A stretch of 64,000 bases of DNA, taken from NCBI GenBank assembly GCA_044220955.1, contig JBGAQA010000030.1, positions 1 to 64,000 of the forward strand, read 5' to 3'. The notes beneath the pieces are model-generated. The model was not told the DNA's origin. It saw only the letters and a program-made list of their open reading frames with translations, and made no database searches. Both the position numbers and the translations under genes were made by a program. This DNA is from Sandaracinaceae bacterium (GTDB taxonomy: Bacteria; Myxococcota_A; Polyangia; Polyangiales; Sandaracinaceae). Shown piece after piece: positions 8,980 to 18,922 of this stretch; position 1 is the first letter of the stretch; each line of letters begins with the position of its first letter.

Positions 8980-9990
8980 TCACGGCGCGGTCCGCGTCCC
9001 GGTGAGCACGCGCATGTCGTCGCCCACGATCTCGAGCGCCTGGATGGGCCCCTGGTAGATGCGCGCCAGCCCGACGTCGATCCGGACGACGCGCCGGTCG
9101 CACGCGAACGTGATGCCGTCCGCTTGCTTGGTGTGGCCGACCACCATGCGCTCGGCGCCCGCGGCCGCGAGCGCGTCGTCGAGGCGCGCGCACGTGGCCT
9201 CGTCGTCCTGCATCGCGAAGCCGCGGTACCAGATCGGTCCGTCCTCCGCGGCGAGCGTGGGCGAGAGCGGCGCCTGACCGAGGAAGAACGCCCGTCCGTC
9301 CTGGTTGATCGCGTCGAGCCCCTCTGCGAGGTGCGACGCCAGCACGCCGCCGTGGACCAGGAGCGTCCCGCCGACCCGGACGATCGTGTCGCGCGCCGCG
9401 AACGCGCGGGCGTACGCGCCGCCAGGGCGGAACGCTGCGATCCGGCCGCGCATGCGCGGTGGGATCCCCTCGTAGACCTCGCCGGTCGCGCCCTCGCCGA
9501 ACGCCTCGAAGTCGCGGAAGCCGCCCGGCGTCGCGTAGCGGAAGTCGCCCTGCGTGTTCATGTACTCGTGGTTGCCGTCGAGGGCGACGAAGTGGCCACC
9601 CGCGGCCTCGGCCTCCGCCTCGAGCCGGGCGACCAGGTCGAGGATCTCCCGCTCCTGATCCCCGCGGTCGAGCAGGTCGCCCGTCTGCACCACGAAGAGC
9701 GCCCCACCGCTCCAGTGTGCGTCGGCGTCGATCGCGCCCGCCGCGCGCAGCGCATCCTCGAACGCGTCGAGGTCCCCGTGCACGTCGCCGATCGCGACCA
9801 GGCGCGCGGGTGCGGGATAGGTCGAGGGAGGCAGGGGCGGGACGGGGTCGATCGACGCCGCCGGCGCGGGGACCTGCTCCGGCGCGGCCCGACGGTGGCG
9901 CGCGGGCTCGGAAGCCGAGGGCGGCGAGTCGTGCGCCGAGCACGAGCACAGGGCGAGCACGAGCGCGACGAAGCCGGGTCCGAGGCGCAC
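8980..9990 (-). CDS. Exported calcineurin-like metallophosphoesterase (Shewanella-like phosphatase type)
   Basis: GDVHG, GDLLDRG, GNHE, VHGG and VVGHT motifs; N-terminal signal with probable lipobox. Confidence 0.88.
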   Translation of the reverse strand: MRLGPGFVALVLALCSCSAHDSPPSASEPARHRRAAPEQVPAPAASIDPVPPLPPSTYPAPARLVAIGDVHGDLDAFEDALRAAGAIDADAHWSGGALFVVQTGDLLDRGDQEREILDLVARLEAEAEAAGGHFVALDGNHEYMNTQGDFRYATPGGFRDFEAFGEGATGEVYEGIPPRMRGRIAAFRPGGAYARAFAARDTIVRVGGTLLVHGGVLASHLAEGLDAINQDGRAFFLGQAPLSPTLAAEDGPIWYRGFAMQDDEATCARLDDALAAAGAERMVVGHTKQADGITFACDRRVVRIDVGLARIYQGPIQALEIVGDDMRVLTGTRTAP

Positions 9991-9999
9991 GCGGGCCGG

Positions 10000-11652
10000 C
10001 TACTTCAGCGGCCGGAACTTCAGGGGCCGCGCCACGTTCTTCACCGCGGCCTCGCGCTCCTCGCCGAACTCGTCCTGGCCGCCGTGCGCCGCGACGAACG
10101 CGTCCATGCACAGGATCTCGCCGCCCTTCGCCTGCCCCTGCAGGCGCGCGGTGTTGTTCATGCCGGCGGAGAACCCGGTGAAGTCCGCGTCGGGCCCGAA
10201 CGTGCCGACGAAGAGCGGCGCGTAGTTGAGGCCCGTCGCCACGTCGACGGGCTCGCCGACGAGCTCGGGGAGCGCCTCGTGCGCCGTCAGCGAGCGCGTG
10301 AACTCCCGGATCTGCCGGGCCGCCGTCGCCGCGCGACGGCAGAGATCCTCCGGCGTGTGCTCGAAGAAGGGGGGACCCCAGATCCCGATGACGCAGTCGC
10401 CGACCATCTTGTCGAACACGCCGCCGGTCTCCCAGAGGATCTCGACCACGCGGGCGCTCCACGTGTCGACGAGCCGCCCGATCGCCTCCGGGTGCACCAG
10501 CACCTGCTCGGAGAGGCGGGTGAAGCCGCTGATGTCCGCGAACATCACCGCGCAGACCTTCTCGCGGGGTGAGAGGTACTTCTCGGTGTAGTCCTCCTCG
10601 TGCAGGAGGCGCTCGACCACGTCCTTGGGGAAGCCGGTGCTCAGGCCCTTCCACTCGCGGTTGAAGTCCACGATGCGCTGCCGGAGCGAGTCGGCGAAGC
10701 GATCGAGCAGGTCGCGATCGAAGGTGTTGAACTCGCCGCGCCGGCTCGTGACGATCACGCGCCCGATGACGCGCGCGCTGCGCATCCCGGTGATCATCAC
10801 CTCCTCGCGGAAGCGGCGGATGCCGAAGCGCTCGCGGACACCCTCGTCGTCGCCGGTCATCATCCGGAACGCGTTGCTCCGCATGAACGCGTCCACGTCG
10901 CCGTCGCTCTCCGAGCGGACGCTCGAGTCGTGCACGACCTCGCGGTTCTTGAGGATCTTGTAGCGCAGCGAGGCGCCCGAGACGTCGTCCTCGTGGCGGA
11001 ACACGAGGATCATGTCCTCGAAGGGGATGTTCTCGCGCAGGACGTCGAGCGCGCGCGCCAGCCCGGCGTCGAGCACGGGATCGCGGAGCGCCTCGCTCAT
11101 CGCGGCGGTGAGCATCGTCTTCTTGCGCGCGACCGCGATCGAGGCGAGGTGGTTGTCGATCTCCTCGGCGAACGTGTCGAGCAGCCCCGCGAGCCGCTCG
11201 CGCTCGGCGTCGTCCGCCGCGCCGGGGACCACGATCGCGAGCGCCCCGAAGGGCTCGCCCGCCACGTCGAGCCCCTGCGCGACGAGCGTGGCCCGCACCT
11301 CGCCGGGGAGGACGACCTCGCGGACCAGCGGGTCGCTCTGCTCGATCGCACGGCAGAGCGCGTCCGCCTCGATCGGCAGCGACGCGTCCTCGCCCGTCGC
11401 GTGGACGAAGTCGTGCAGCGCGAGCGACTCGTCGTACGTGCGCACGAACGCGAGCGAGGCGCCGGTGTGGGCGCAGAGCGCCGGCAGGACCAGGCGCAGC
11501 GTGTGGTCGACGGGCAGGCGGTCGCGGATCGCGACCTCGGCGAGGTCGTCGATCTCGTCGTTGAGGGCCCAGCGCTCTTTCAGGATCCGGACCTCGCGCT
11601 CGAGCTCGGCGATGCGCTCTCTCAGCTCGGCTTGGGATTGGGCGTCGGTCAT
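10000..11652 (-). CDS. Class III adenylate/guanylate cyclase with N-terminal GAF-like regions
   Basis: MFADISGFT, DKMVGDC and MNNTARLQ catalytic motifs; the Lys in DKMVGD suggests ATP specificity. Confidence 0.88.
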   Translation of the reverse strand: MTDAQSQAELRERIAELEREVRILKERWALNDEIDDLAEVAIRDRLPVDHTLRLVLPALCAHTGASLAFVRTYDESLALHDFVHATGEDASLPIEADALCRAIEQSDPLVREVVLPGEVRATLVAQGLDVAGEPFGALAIVVPGAADDAERERLAGLLDTFAEEIDNHLASIAVARKKTMLTAAMSEALRDPVLDAGLARALDVLRENIPFEDMILVFRHEDDVSGASLRYKILKNREVVHDSSVRSESDGDVDAFMRSNAFRMMTGDDEGVRERFGIRRFREEVMITGMRSARVIGRVIVTSRRGEFNTFDRDLLDRFADSLRQRIVDFNREWKGLSTGFPKDVVERLLHEEDYTEKYLSPREKVCAVMFADISGFTRLSEQVLVHPEAIGRLVDTWSARVVEILWETGGVFDKMVGDCVIGIWGPPFFEHTPEDLCRRAATAARQIREFTRSLTAHEALPELVGEPVDVATGLNYAPLFVGTFGPDADFTGFSAGMNNTARLQGQAKGGEILCMDAFVAAHGGQDEFGEEREAAVKNVARPLKFRPLK

Positions 11653-11784
11653 CGGTGGCGGGATAGTAACGCGTCCCCTCCGCGGCGGGCGTCGCGCGTT
11701 CGGGCATGGGTACGTGGTGGCCGGTCCGGGTCTGCCGAACCGGTCCCTGGCGGACCGCTCCGCCCGGGCTCAGGCTTGGCCTCC

Positions 11785-12741
11785 ATGAAGGGCGAGACCG
11801 CGAGCCTCAGGGCGCCCGAGACGCTCCCCTCCCCCGCGCTCTCGCCCCGCGTGATCGCCGCGCTCGCGTCGGTCTACCTGATCTGGAGCTCGACGTACTT
11901 CGCGATCCGCGTGGCGGTGCAGTCGCTGCCGCCCTTCCTGACCGCGGGCGTGCGCTACCTGGCCGCCGGTCTGGTGATGATGGCGTGGGCCTTCTTGCGG
12001 AAGGAGCGGCTGCCGCCGGCGCGCGCGTGGATGCACTCCGCGATCGTCGCCCTGCTCTTCTTCGTCGTGGGCAACGGCTTCGTCGCGCTCGCGTCGGTCC
12101 ACATCGGCTCGGGCGTGATCGCCGTCGTGTGCGCGATGATGCCGCTCTGGGGCGCGGTGATGATGCCGATGGTCGGGGAGCGCACCTCGGCGCGCGAGTG
12201 GGGCGGGCTCGCGGTGGGGTTCGCGGGCGTGCTCGTGCTCGCGCTCGGTGAGGACCTGCAGGCCGATCCGGTCGCGACCGGTCTCTTGATGCTCGCGCCG
12301 ATCGGCTGGGCCCTGGGCTCGATGCTGGTGAAGAAGCTGGACGTCGGACGTGGCGCGATGGGCGGCGCGATGCAGATGATCGCCGGCGGCGCGCTCACGC
12401 TCTTGGTGTCGCTGGCGCGCGGCGAGGTGCTGCCGGACCACGTCCCCGGGGAGGCCGTCTTCGCCGTCGTCTACCTCGCCACGCTGGGCTCGCTCGTGGG
12501 GCTCACCGCGTACAATTACCTCCTGCTCCACGCGCGCCCCGCGCTCGCGATGAGCTACGCGTACGTGAACCCGGTGCTCGCGGTCCTGATCGGCGCGGTG
12601 CTCGGCGGAGAGCAGGTCGGCCCGCGCGTAGGCATCGCGGTCGCGCTCATCCTGCCGGCCGTGGTCATGATCGTCGCGCGTCCCCGGGCTCGCCCCGCGA
12701 GCCCGGCGGTCGCGGCGCCCGCGGCCGAGCCCCAGGCCTGA
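11785..12741 (+). CDS. EamA/DMT family transporter (YedA-like)
   Basis: VYLIWSSTY, PPFLTAGVRY and SYAYVNPVLAV motifs; about 10 TM segments. Confidence 0.9.
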   Translation: MKGETASLRAPETLPSPALSPRVIAALASVYLIWSSTYFAIRVAVQSLPPFLTAGVRYLAAGLVMMAWAFLRKERLPPARAWMHSAIVALLFFVVGNGFVALASVHIGSGVIAVVCAMMPLWGAVMMPMVGERTSAREWGGLAVGFAGVLVLALGEDLQADPVATGLLMLAPIGWALGSMLVKKLDVGRGAMGGAMQMIAGGALTLLVSLARGEVLPDHVPGEAVFAVVYLATLGSLVGLTAYNYLLLHARPALAMSYAYVNPVLAVLIGAVLGGEQVGPRVGIAVALILPAVVMIVARPRARPASPAVAAPAAEPQA

Positions 12742-12832
12742 TCACGCCTGCGTCCGGAGCCTCCCACGACGAGCCGGCCGCTCGGCTGACGTTTCCTTGA
12801 CCCGGCCGAGGCCGACTCGGGACCATTCGCTC

Positions 12833-13831
12833 ATGGAAAAGCGCGCAGCGTCCCTGGCGCTCGCCCTCGCGGCGCTCTTCCCGGTGCCCGTGGCCCGAGC
12901 CGACCTCACGGTGTCGTTCGCGACGGACGGCCCGGCGCCCGCGATGAGCGTGACGGTGCAGACCGCGGCCGCCCCCGAGGCCTCGCCGGAGCCGGAGCCG
13001 GAGCGGTCGCCCGAGCTCTCGACCTCGACCGCGACCGCGGCCGCCACCTCGACCTCGACCTCGACCTCGACCTCGACCTCGACCGCGACCTCGACCTCGA
13101 CCTCGACCTCGACCTCGGCCGACACCGCGACCTCGACCCCCACCCCGCCCTCGGCCGACACCGCACGCTCGACCACGCGCTCCGCGGTCGAGGCGCGCTT
13201 CGTCCGCGTCGGCGACGGCAGCGGCGAGTCCGCCACCCTCGTGCTCCGCGACGGCTGCGGATCCCCCGCTCCCGACGCCCTCGAGCGCCTCTCCATCCTC
13301 GCGCGCCCGCGCGGCGTCGACGCCCCCGCGCGCGTCGACGGGTCCGACCCCGACTTCGTCGCCGAGGGCATCCGGCGGCTCCACCCCGGCTTGCTCCCGC
13401 TGCTCGCTCGCCTCGCGGAGCGCTTCCCCGGGCGCGCGATCGAGATCGTGAGCGGCTACCGGCCGGGCGCGCGCGAGGGCAGCCGCCACCGCTTCGGCCG
13501 CGCGCTCGACCTGCGCGTCGCGGGCACCTCGGTCGACGAGGTCGCGGCGTTCCTCGAGCCCGAGCCCGACACCGGCGTGGGGCTCTACCCGACGAGCGGC
13601 TTCGTCCACCTCGACGTCCGGACCGAGCGGGTGCGCTGGGTCGACGACAGCGGACCGGGTCAGGCCGCGCACGTGGTGCGGACGGAGGTCGGCGCGCGCT
13701 CCGGAGCGCCCGCTCCGCCCGCGCCCGCGGCCGCTCCGGACGCGGAGCCCGCGGCCATCGACGTCGAGGCCATCGAGCGCGCCATGCGCGCGGCCGACGC
13801 GATCAGGCTCGATCTCGACCTCGGCCGCTGA
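12833..13831 (+). CDS. Peptidase M15 / DUF882 (YcbK-like) secreted Zn peptidase with Thr-Ser linker
   Basis: IVSGYR, SRH...ALD and GVGLYPTSGFVHLDVR motifs; signal peptide. Confidence 0.85.
   Translation: MEKRAASLALALAALFPVPVARADLTVSFATDGPAPAMSVTVQTAAAPEASPEPEPERSPELSTSTATAAATSTSTSTSTSTSTATSTSTSTSTSADTATSTPTPPSADTARSTTRSAVEARFVRVGDGSGESATLVLRDGCGSPAPDALERLSILARPRGVDAPARVDGSDPDFVAEGIRRLHPGLLPLLARLAERFPGRAIEIVSGYRPGAREGSRHRFGRALDLRVAGTSVDEVAAFLEPEPDTGVGLYPTSGFVHLDVRTERVRWVDDSGPGQAAHVVRTEVGARSGAPAPPAPAAAPDAEPAAIDVEAIERAMRAADAIRLDLDLGR
13046..13117 (+). repeat. (ACCTCG)n hexamer tract encoding (Thr-Ser)n
   Basis: Six plus five perfect units interrupted by one ACCGCG. Confidence 0.9.
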
Positions 13832-13905
13832 CGCAGCCCCGGCACCCGCGCCGGTCCACGGACGTCGTCGCCCAGGGCCCCGGGCTCCGGGTACCATGCG
13901 CAGCC

Positions 13906-15165
13906 ATGACGAAGACCGCGACCTCCATCGACTCGCTGCGCATCAACGGAGACCGCCTCTGGGGCTCGCTCATGGAGCTGGCGTCGATCGGCGCGACCGA
14001 CAAGGGCGGCGTGTGCCGCCTGGCCCTGACCGATCTCGATCGACGGGGCCGAGACCTCGTCACCGGCTGGGCCAGGGCCGCGGGCATGACGGTCACCATC
14101 GACAAGATCGGCAACGGCTTCATGCGCCGGCCCGGTCGCAACCCGAACCTGCCGCCGATCGTCACGGGCAGCCACATCGACACGCAGCCGACGGGCGGCA
14201 AGTTCGACGGCAACTACGGCGTGCTCGCCGGCATCGAGGTCGTGCGCACGCTGAACGATCTGGGCATCGAGACCGAGGCGCCGATCGAGGTCGCGTTCTG
14301 GACGAACGAAGAGGGCTCGCGCTTCGTGCCCGTGATGATGGGCTCGGGCGTGTTCGCCAGGGCCTTCACGCTCGAGAAGGCCTACGCGGCGACGGACACC
14401 GCGGGCAAGACGGTGAAGGACGAGCTCACGCGCATCGGCTACGTCGGGCCCGAGGAGCCGGGCGCGCATCCGATCGGAGCGTACTTCGAGACGCACATCG
14501 AGCAGGGACCGGTGCTCGAGGATCACGACGTCACGATCGGCGTGGTGACCGGAGTCCTGGGCATCCGCTGGTACGACTGTACCGTGACCGGCATGGAGGC
14601 CCACGCCGGGCCGACGCCCATGGCGCTGCGCAAGGACGCGATGCAGGTCGCGGCCAAGATCATGCAGGAGGTCGTGGCCATCGCGCACCGCCACCCGCCG
14701 CACGGTCGCGGCACGGTCGGCATGGTGGCCGTGCACCCGAACAGCCGGAACGTGATCCCGGGCCGCGTGAAGTTCTCGATCGACCTGCGCAACGCCACCG
14801 ACGCGCTCGTCGACCAGATGGACGCCGACATCCGCCGCTTCGTCGCCGCCACGAGCGAGGCGACCGGCCTGCCGATCCAGATCGAAGAGGTCTCGCACTA
14901 CCCGGCCCAGCCCTTCCATCCGGAGTGCGTGGAGGCCGTCGCGCGGAGCGCGGCGAAGCTCGGCTACTCGAACATGCGCGCGGTCTCGGGCGCTGGCCAC
15001 GACGCCGTCTACATGGCCAAGCTCGCTCCCTCCGGGATGATCTTCATCCCGTGCAAGGACGGCATCAGCCACAACGAGATCGAGGACGCCAAGCCCGAGC
15101 ACATCACGGCGGGCTGCAACGTCCTGCTCCACGCGATGCTCGAGCGCGCCAAGGTCGTGGGCTGA
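13906..15165 (+). CDS. M20 family Zn-dependent hydrolase (N-carbamoyl-amino acid / beta-ureidopropionase type)
   Basis: GSHIDTQPTGGKFDG, WTNEEGSRF, ETHIEQGP, HAGPTPM, SGAGHDA and GISHNEIE motifs. Confidence 0.92.
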   Translation: MTKTATSIDSLRINGDRLWGSLMELASIGATDKGGVCRLALTDLDRRGRDLVTGWARAAGMTVTIDKIGNGFMRRPGRNPNLPPIVTGSHIDTQPTGGKFDGNYGVLAGIEVVRTLNDLGIETEAPIEVAFWTNEEGSRFVPVMMGSGVFARAFTLEKAYAATDTAGKTVKDELTRIGYVGPEEPGAHPIGAYFETHIEQGPVLEDHDVTIGVVTGVLGIRWYDCTVTGMEAHAGPTPMALRKDAMQVAAKIMQEVVAIAHRHPPHGRGTVGMVAVHPNSRNVIPGRVKFSIDLRNATDALVDQMDADIRRFVAATSEATGLPIQIEEVSHYPAQPFHPECVEAVARSAAKLGYSNMRAVSGAGHDAVYMAKLAPSGMIFIPCKDGISHNEIEDAKPEHITAGCNVLLHAMLERAKVVG

Positions 15166-15223
15166 TCGGCGCCGACACCCGGACGGCGGCTCGAGATCGA
15201 CGCCGTGCGCGGCGCGGCGAACC

Positions 15224-16480
15224 TCAGCGAGCCGGATCGACCACGCGGCCCGCGAAGAGGATGGCGCCCGTCCGCGAATCGCGCAGGAAGAAGAGGAAAG
15301 GATGGTCCGCCTCGAAGCGCGGCGGCGGCGGTGGCGCGTCCATGCTCGCGCTCTCGGCCACCATCGTCACGGCCGTCGCCGCGGCGGCCTCGGTGCCCTC
15401 CTCGTTCAGCTCGACGAACACGCGGTGGATCACGTCGTCGATCCGCAGCGGCTGCTCGCCCGGAGCACACATCGCCGTGAAGTCCGCGGCGTCGCTGAAC
15501 GCGATCGCCATGCCGAGCCCGGACAGGGCGGCCCGCAGCGAGAGCGAGTCCGTCTCGATCCGGAAGCGGGGCAGGTAGACCTGGGTCAGCGCGTTCTCCG
15601 AGACGCGCGAGGCCCAGCGGCGCACGAGCGCGTCGTCGAGCCGGGCCTCGACCGACCCGAGGCCCCCGCGATCGCGCGGGAGCACGAAGAGCATCGTCAG
15701 CTCGCCGCCGGCGTAGGGGAGCGCGAGCAGCTGCACGTCGTCGTCCTCGCCGTACGCGCCGCCCTGCCGGAACATGGTCGGGACGGCGTGATCACCGGCG
15801 GGCGCGTGGAAGAGGCGGTCCGACGTCGCCTCGGGCTCGAAGGTCTCTTGCCAGCGCCCGTGGAAGTAGACCGCGTTCACCAGGACCAGGCGCGTGTCGC
15901 CGCTGATCGTGCCGTCCGGGAGCAGCTCGGGGATGCGCTCGTGCGTGCGCTCCGAGACCCACCCGTTGATCGTCCCGCGCGACGCGTCCGGGCTCCCGGC
16001 GAAGTCGAGCCGCTCGAGCTCGGCGCCCATCTGCTCGCGCGTCGCCGCGAGGTAGGCGTCCTCGAACGCGTAGCTCCGGTCGCCGAAGAGGCGGTTCGCG
16101 ACGGCCAGCTCGTAGGCCGTGCGGGACGGATCGTTCCACGCGCGGACGAGCGCCCCCGCCGAGGCCATGGTCCCGTCGGGGGACGACGAGACGTGCATCG
16201 CCCCCGCCATCGCGGTCGCCGTCTCGCCCCGCGCACCGCCGTAGGTCATCGCGAGCGCCGTGCTGATGCTCGCCGGCGAGATCGCCAGGTTCTCGTCCTG
16301 GTGCTCGCCGCGGAGGCTCTCCCACACGTCGAGCCCGAGCTCGTTGGCGGCGGAGGCGAACGCAGCCGCGTCGGAGGCCTCTGCCGCCGGATGCGTCGTC
16401 GTGTGGACCGTGCCGCCCGCGGCGCCACCACCTCCGCAGGCGGCGAGCGCGAGAACGAGAGCGAGCGGGAGGCGTGTCAT
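15224..16480 (-). CDS. Serpin family lipoprotein
   Basis: ISPASISTAL, LVLVNAVYFHGRW, hinge NEEGTEAAAATAV and FEADHPFLF motifs; lipobox LAAC. Confidence 0.93.
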   Translation of the reverse strand: MTRLPLALVLALAACGGGGAAGGTVHTTTHPAAEASDAAAFASAANELGLDVWESLRGEHQDENLAISPASISTALAMTYGGARGETATAMAGAMHVSSSPDGTMASAGALVRAWNDPSRTAYELAVANRLFGDRSYAFEDAYLAATREQMGAELERLDFAGSPDASRGTINGWVSERTHERIPELLPDGTISGDTRLVLVNAVYFHGRWQETFEPEATSDRLFHAPAGDHAVPTMFRQGGAYGEDDDVQLLALPYAGGELTMLFVLPRDRGGLGSVEARLDDALVRRWASRVSENALTQVYLPRFRIETDSLSLRAALSGLGMAIAFSDAADFTAMCAPGEQPLRIDDVIHRVFVELNEEGTEAAAATAVTMVAESASMDAPPPPPRFEADHPFLFFLRDSRTGAILFAGRVVDPAR

Positions 16481-16486
16481 GCCCGG

Positions 16487-16876
16487 TCAGACGGCCGAGC
16501 GGGCCGGACGGTTCAGCCCACGGACCGCGCCGCCCGCCATGGCCCCCGCGAACGCGAGCACGGGCATCGCCCAGGCGACGAGCGCGGGGGTCTCCGGAGG
16601 CGCGCTCGTCGCGGAGAGCACGCCGAAGAGCGCGCCGCAGATCGCGATCGCGAGCGCCACGCGGCCCTTCGATCCCTTGGATGTCGCCGTGCCCAAGGCA
16701 GCGCCCACGACGGCGGCGCCGAAGGTCAGCGCGAGCGTGGCGGAGAGAAACGTGCGCCCGATCGGCAGCGGCGCGCCGTCGGGGGCCACGAGGAACGATG
16801 CCGTCGCGAGCTGCCCGAGCGCGGACACGCCGAGCATCACCGCGATCCCGAGCACGGACGCGAAGGCTGGGCGCAT
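16487..16876 (-). CDS. Small integral membrane protein
   Basis: Four hydrophobic segments; tightly packed between genes on the same strand. Confidence 0.6.
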   Translation of the reverse strand: MRPAFASVLGIAVMLGVSALGQLATASFLVAPDGAPLPIGRTFLSATLALTFGAAVVGAALGTATSKGSKGRVALAIAICGALFGVLSATSAPPETPALVAWAMPVLAFAGAMAGGAVRGLNRPARSAV

Positions 16877-16889
16877 GGGCCTGACGCCC

Positions 16890-17870
16890 TCACTCGTCGT
16901 CGAGCATGCGCTGGATCGACGCCTGCCGCCGGAGCTCTTCCATGAGCGCCGTCTCCTGGTGCTGCATCGCGTCCTGGCGCATCTGGTTGTAGAGGGTCAT
17001 CCGCACGCTCTCGTAGCTCGGCACCGACTCGGACGCGTAGTGCCGCGCGCGCAAGAGGAAGACGAAGAAGCCGCGGCTTCCGCGCACGACGGGGCTGATC
17101 TCGCCCTCCTCGAGGTGCATCAGCGTGTCCTCGAGCTCGGTGTCGAGGCTGCCCTGCGTGAGGTTGTGCAGCTCGCGGCCGCCGTGATCGGCCATCGCGT
17201 CCTCGAAGCTCTCCTCGTCGTCGATCGAGTCGCGCAGGGCCTCGGCGGCGCGCCGCGCGCGGTTGATCTCGGCGGCGCTCGCGCCGGCGGGGAGCGGGAA
17301 GAGGATCTGCGCCGCGTCGAAGCGGGCCTCGCGCCGCGCCTGCGCGACGAGCTCGTCGTAGCGCTGCTGCACGTCCTCTTCGGTGATGTTCACGCGGCTG
17401 CCCATCCGCGCGTTGAGGAGGCGGAAGTGCACGAGCTGCGCGCGGATGTCGGCGCGGTAGTCCGCCTGCGTGCCGAAGCCCTGCTCCGCGACCGCGTCCC
17501 AGAACTCGTCCTCGCCGAGCCCCGACTGCTCGCGCACGTTGGCGATCGCGCTGTCGACGTCGGCGTCGGTGACGACGATCTCCTCTTCCTCCGCGGCCTG
17601 ATCGACGAGCTTGGTGTCGATGAGGTGGTCGAGGACCTGCGCGTAGATCTGGTGGATGGCCTGCAGGCGCTGCGCCTCGGTCGGCGCGCCCATCGCGCGG
17701 GACATGAACGGCGCGGCCTTCTGCCGGAGCTCGGACAGGAAGATCGCGTCGTCGTTCACGACCGCGACGACGCGCTCGATGACGTCGGCGCGCGAGCGCG
17801 ACGCCGCGATCGGCCCCGCGAGGACGGTGGCGATCAGGGTCAGGCCGAGGGCCGTCCGCGCGCGCCGCAT
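16890..17870 (-). CDS. SurA-like chaperone / parvulin PPIase
   Basis: IERVVAVVNDDAIFLSEL SurA N-terminal motif; GEISPVVRGSRGF rotamase tail. Confidence 0.85.
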   Translation of the reverse strand: MRRARTALGLTLIATVLAGPIAASRSRADVIERVVAVVNDDAIFLSELRQKAAPFMSRAMGAPTEAQRLQAIHQIYAQVLDHLIDTKLVDQAAEEEEIVVTDADVDSAIANVREQSGLGEDEFWDAVAEQGFGTQADYRADIRAQLVHFRLLNARMGSRVNITEEDVQQRYDELVAQARREARFDAAQILFPLPAGASAAEINRARRAAEALRDSIDDEESFEDAMADHGGRELHNLTQGSLDTELEDTLMHLEEGEISPVVRGSRGFFVFLLRARHYASESVPSYESVRMTLYNQMRQDAMQHQETALMEELRRQASIQRMLDDE

Positions 17871-18895
17871 CAGTGCGCTCCTGCGGCTGTCTCGGGAGGC
17901 TGCAGGGGCAGCTGCACGTCGGGCACGTCGCCGGCAGGGACGTCGATGTGGATCTGATCGAGCACGTCGAGGTGCTCTTCCACGTCGGCCTCCGCCGTCA
18001 AGCGCTCGACGAGCGCCTCGATCTCGTGCTCGCGCCGCTCGCGCCAGAGGCGGTTCCGGATGGGCCGCGACGACTCGTCGAGCGTGCGGTCGAGCGCGGC
18101 GCGCCGACCCGTGAGCTTGATGATCTCGTAGCCGCGCGCGCTGTGCACCACCTCGGGGTAGACGGCGCCGATCGTCTCCATGGAGAAGGCCGCCGTCGCG
18201 ACCTCCTCCGGCACGACCGGCTCGCTCTCGCGCCGCTCCGCGGGGCGCGAGAAGAACCCGACCTCGCCGAAGTGGTCCCGGGTCGTGGGATCGGTGTCGT
18301 ACTGCTCCGCGAGCTGCCGGAACAGACGCACGTCGGACGGGCTCGCCTGGATCTGGCGCAGCACGCGCGTCGCGTCCGCCTCCCGCTCGAAGAGGATGTG
18401 GCTGATGCGGACCTGCTCGGGCTGGTGGAACTCGGCCGGGTGCGCCTCGTAGTACGCGCGCACCTCGTCGTCGGTGACGTCCGAGGGCTGGATGCGGTCC
18501 TCGTACTCCTGCTTCAGGAAGCGCCGGATGAGGATCTGCTTGCGCGTGCGCTGCACCTCGGGCGCGTCGTCGAAGCCGCGCGCGTCGGCCTCCTGCGCGA
18601 GCAGCTCGAAGCGCACCATCTGGTCGAGCAGCTCCCGGCGGCGCTCGGGGCTGTTGTACCGGGTGCGCAGGAAGGGGCCCTTGTTGGCGATCTCCTCGGC
18701 GAACTCGCCGACGGTGATCGTGTGGTCGCCGATCTTCGCGAGCGTCTGCGCCGCCTCGGCCTCGGTCAGGCCGTGGACGCGCGGCCCCTCGCCCGACCCG
18801 CCGCCGGATCCCGCGCCCTCTCCTTCGCCCGAGCAAGCGAGCGCGATCGACCCGACGGTCGAGAGCGCGAGCAGGACGGCGAGGCGGCGATTCAT
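17870..18895 (-). CDS. PpiC-type peptidyl-prolyl isomerase lipoprotein
   Basis: Lipobox ALAC; PEQVRISHIL, F.QLA.QY, GEVGFF and RGYEIIKL motifs. Confidence 0.87.
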   Translation of the reverse strand: MNRRLAVLLALSTVGSIALACSGEGEGAGSGGGSGEGPRVHGLTEAEAAQTLAKIGDHTITVGEFAEEIANKGPFLRTRYNSPERRRELLDQMVRFELLAQEADARGFDDAPEVQRTRKQILIRRFLKQEYEDRIQPSDVTDDEVRAYYEAHPAEFHQPEQVRISHILFEREADATRVLRQIQASPSDVRLFRQLAEQYDTDPTTRDHFGEVGFFSRPAERRESEPVVPEEVATAAFSMETIGAVYPEVVHSARGYEIIKLTGRRAALDRTLDESSRPIRNRLWRERREHEIEALVERLTAEADVEEHLDVLDQIHIDVPAGDVPDVQLPLQPPETAAGAH

Positions 18896-18922
18896 ACCCG
18901 GAACCACGGTGCGATTAGCACG

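Noticed and set aside
12742..13371. Minus-strand (Val-Glu)n ORF
   Set aside because: Antisense reading of the Thr-Ser linker of the M15 peptidase gene.
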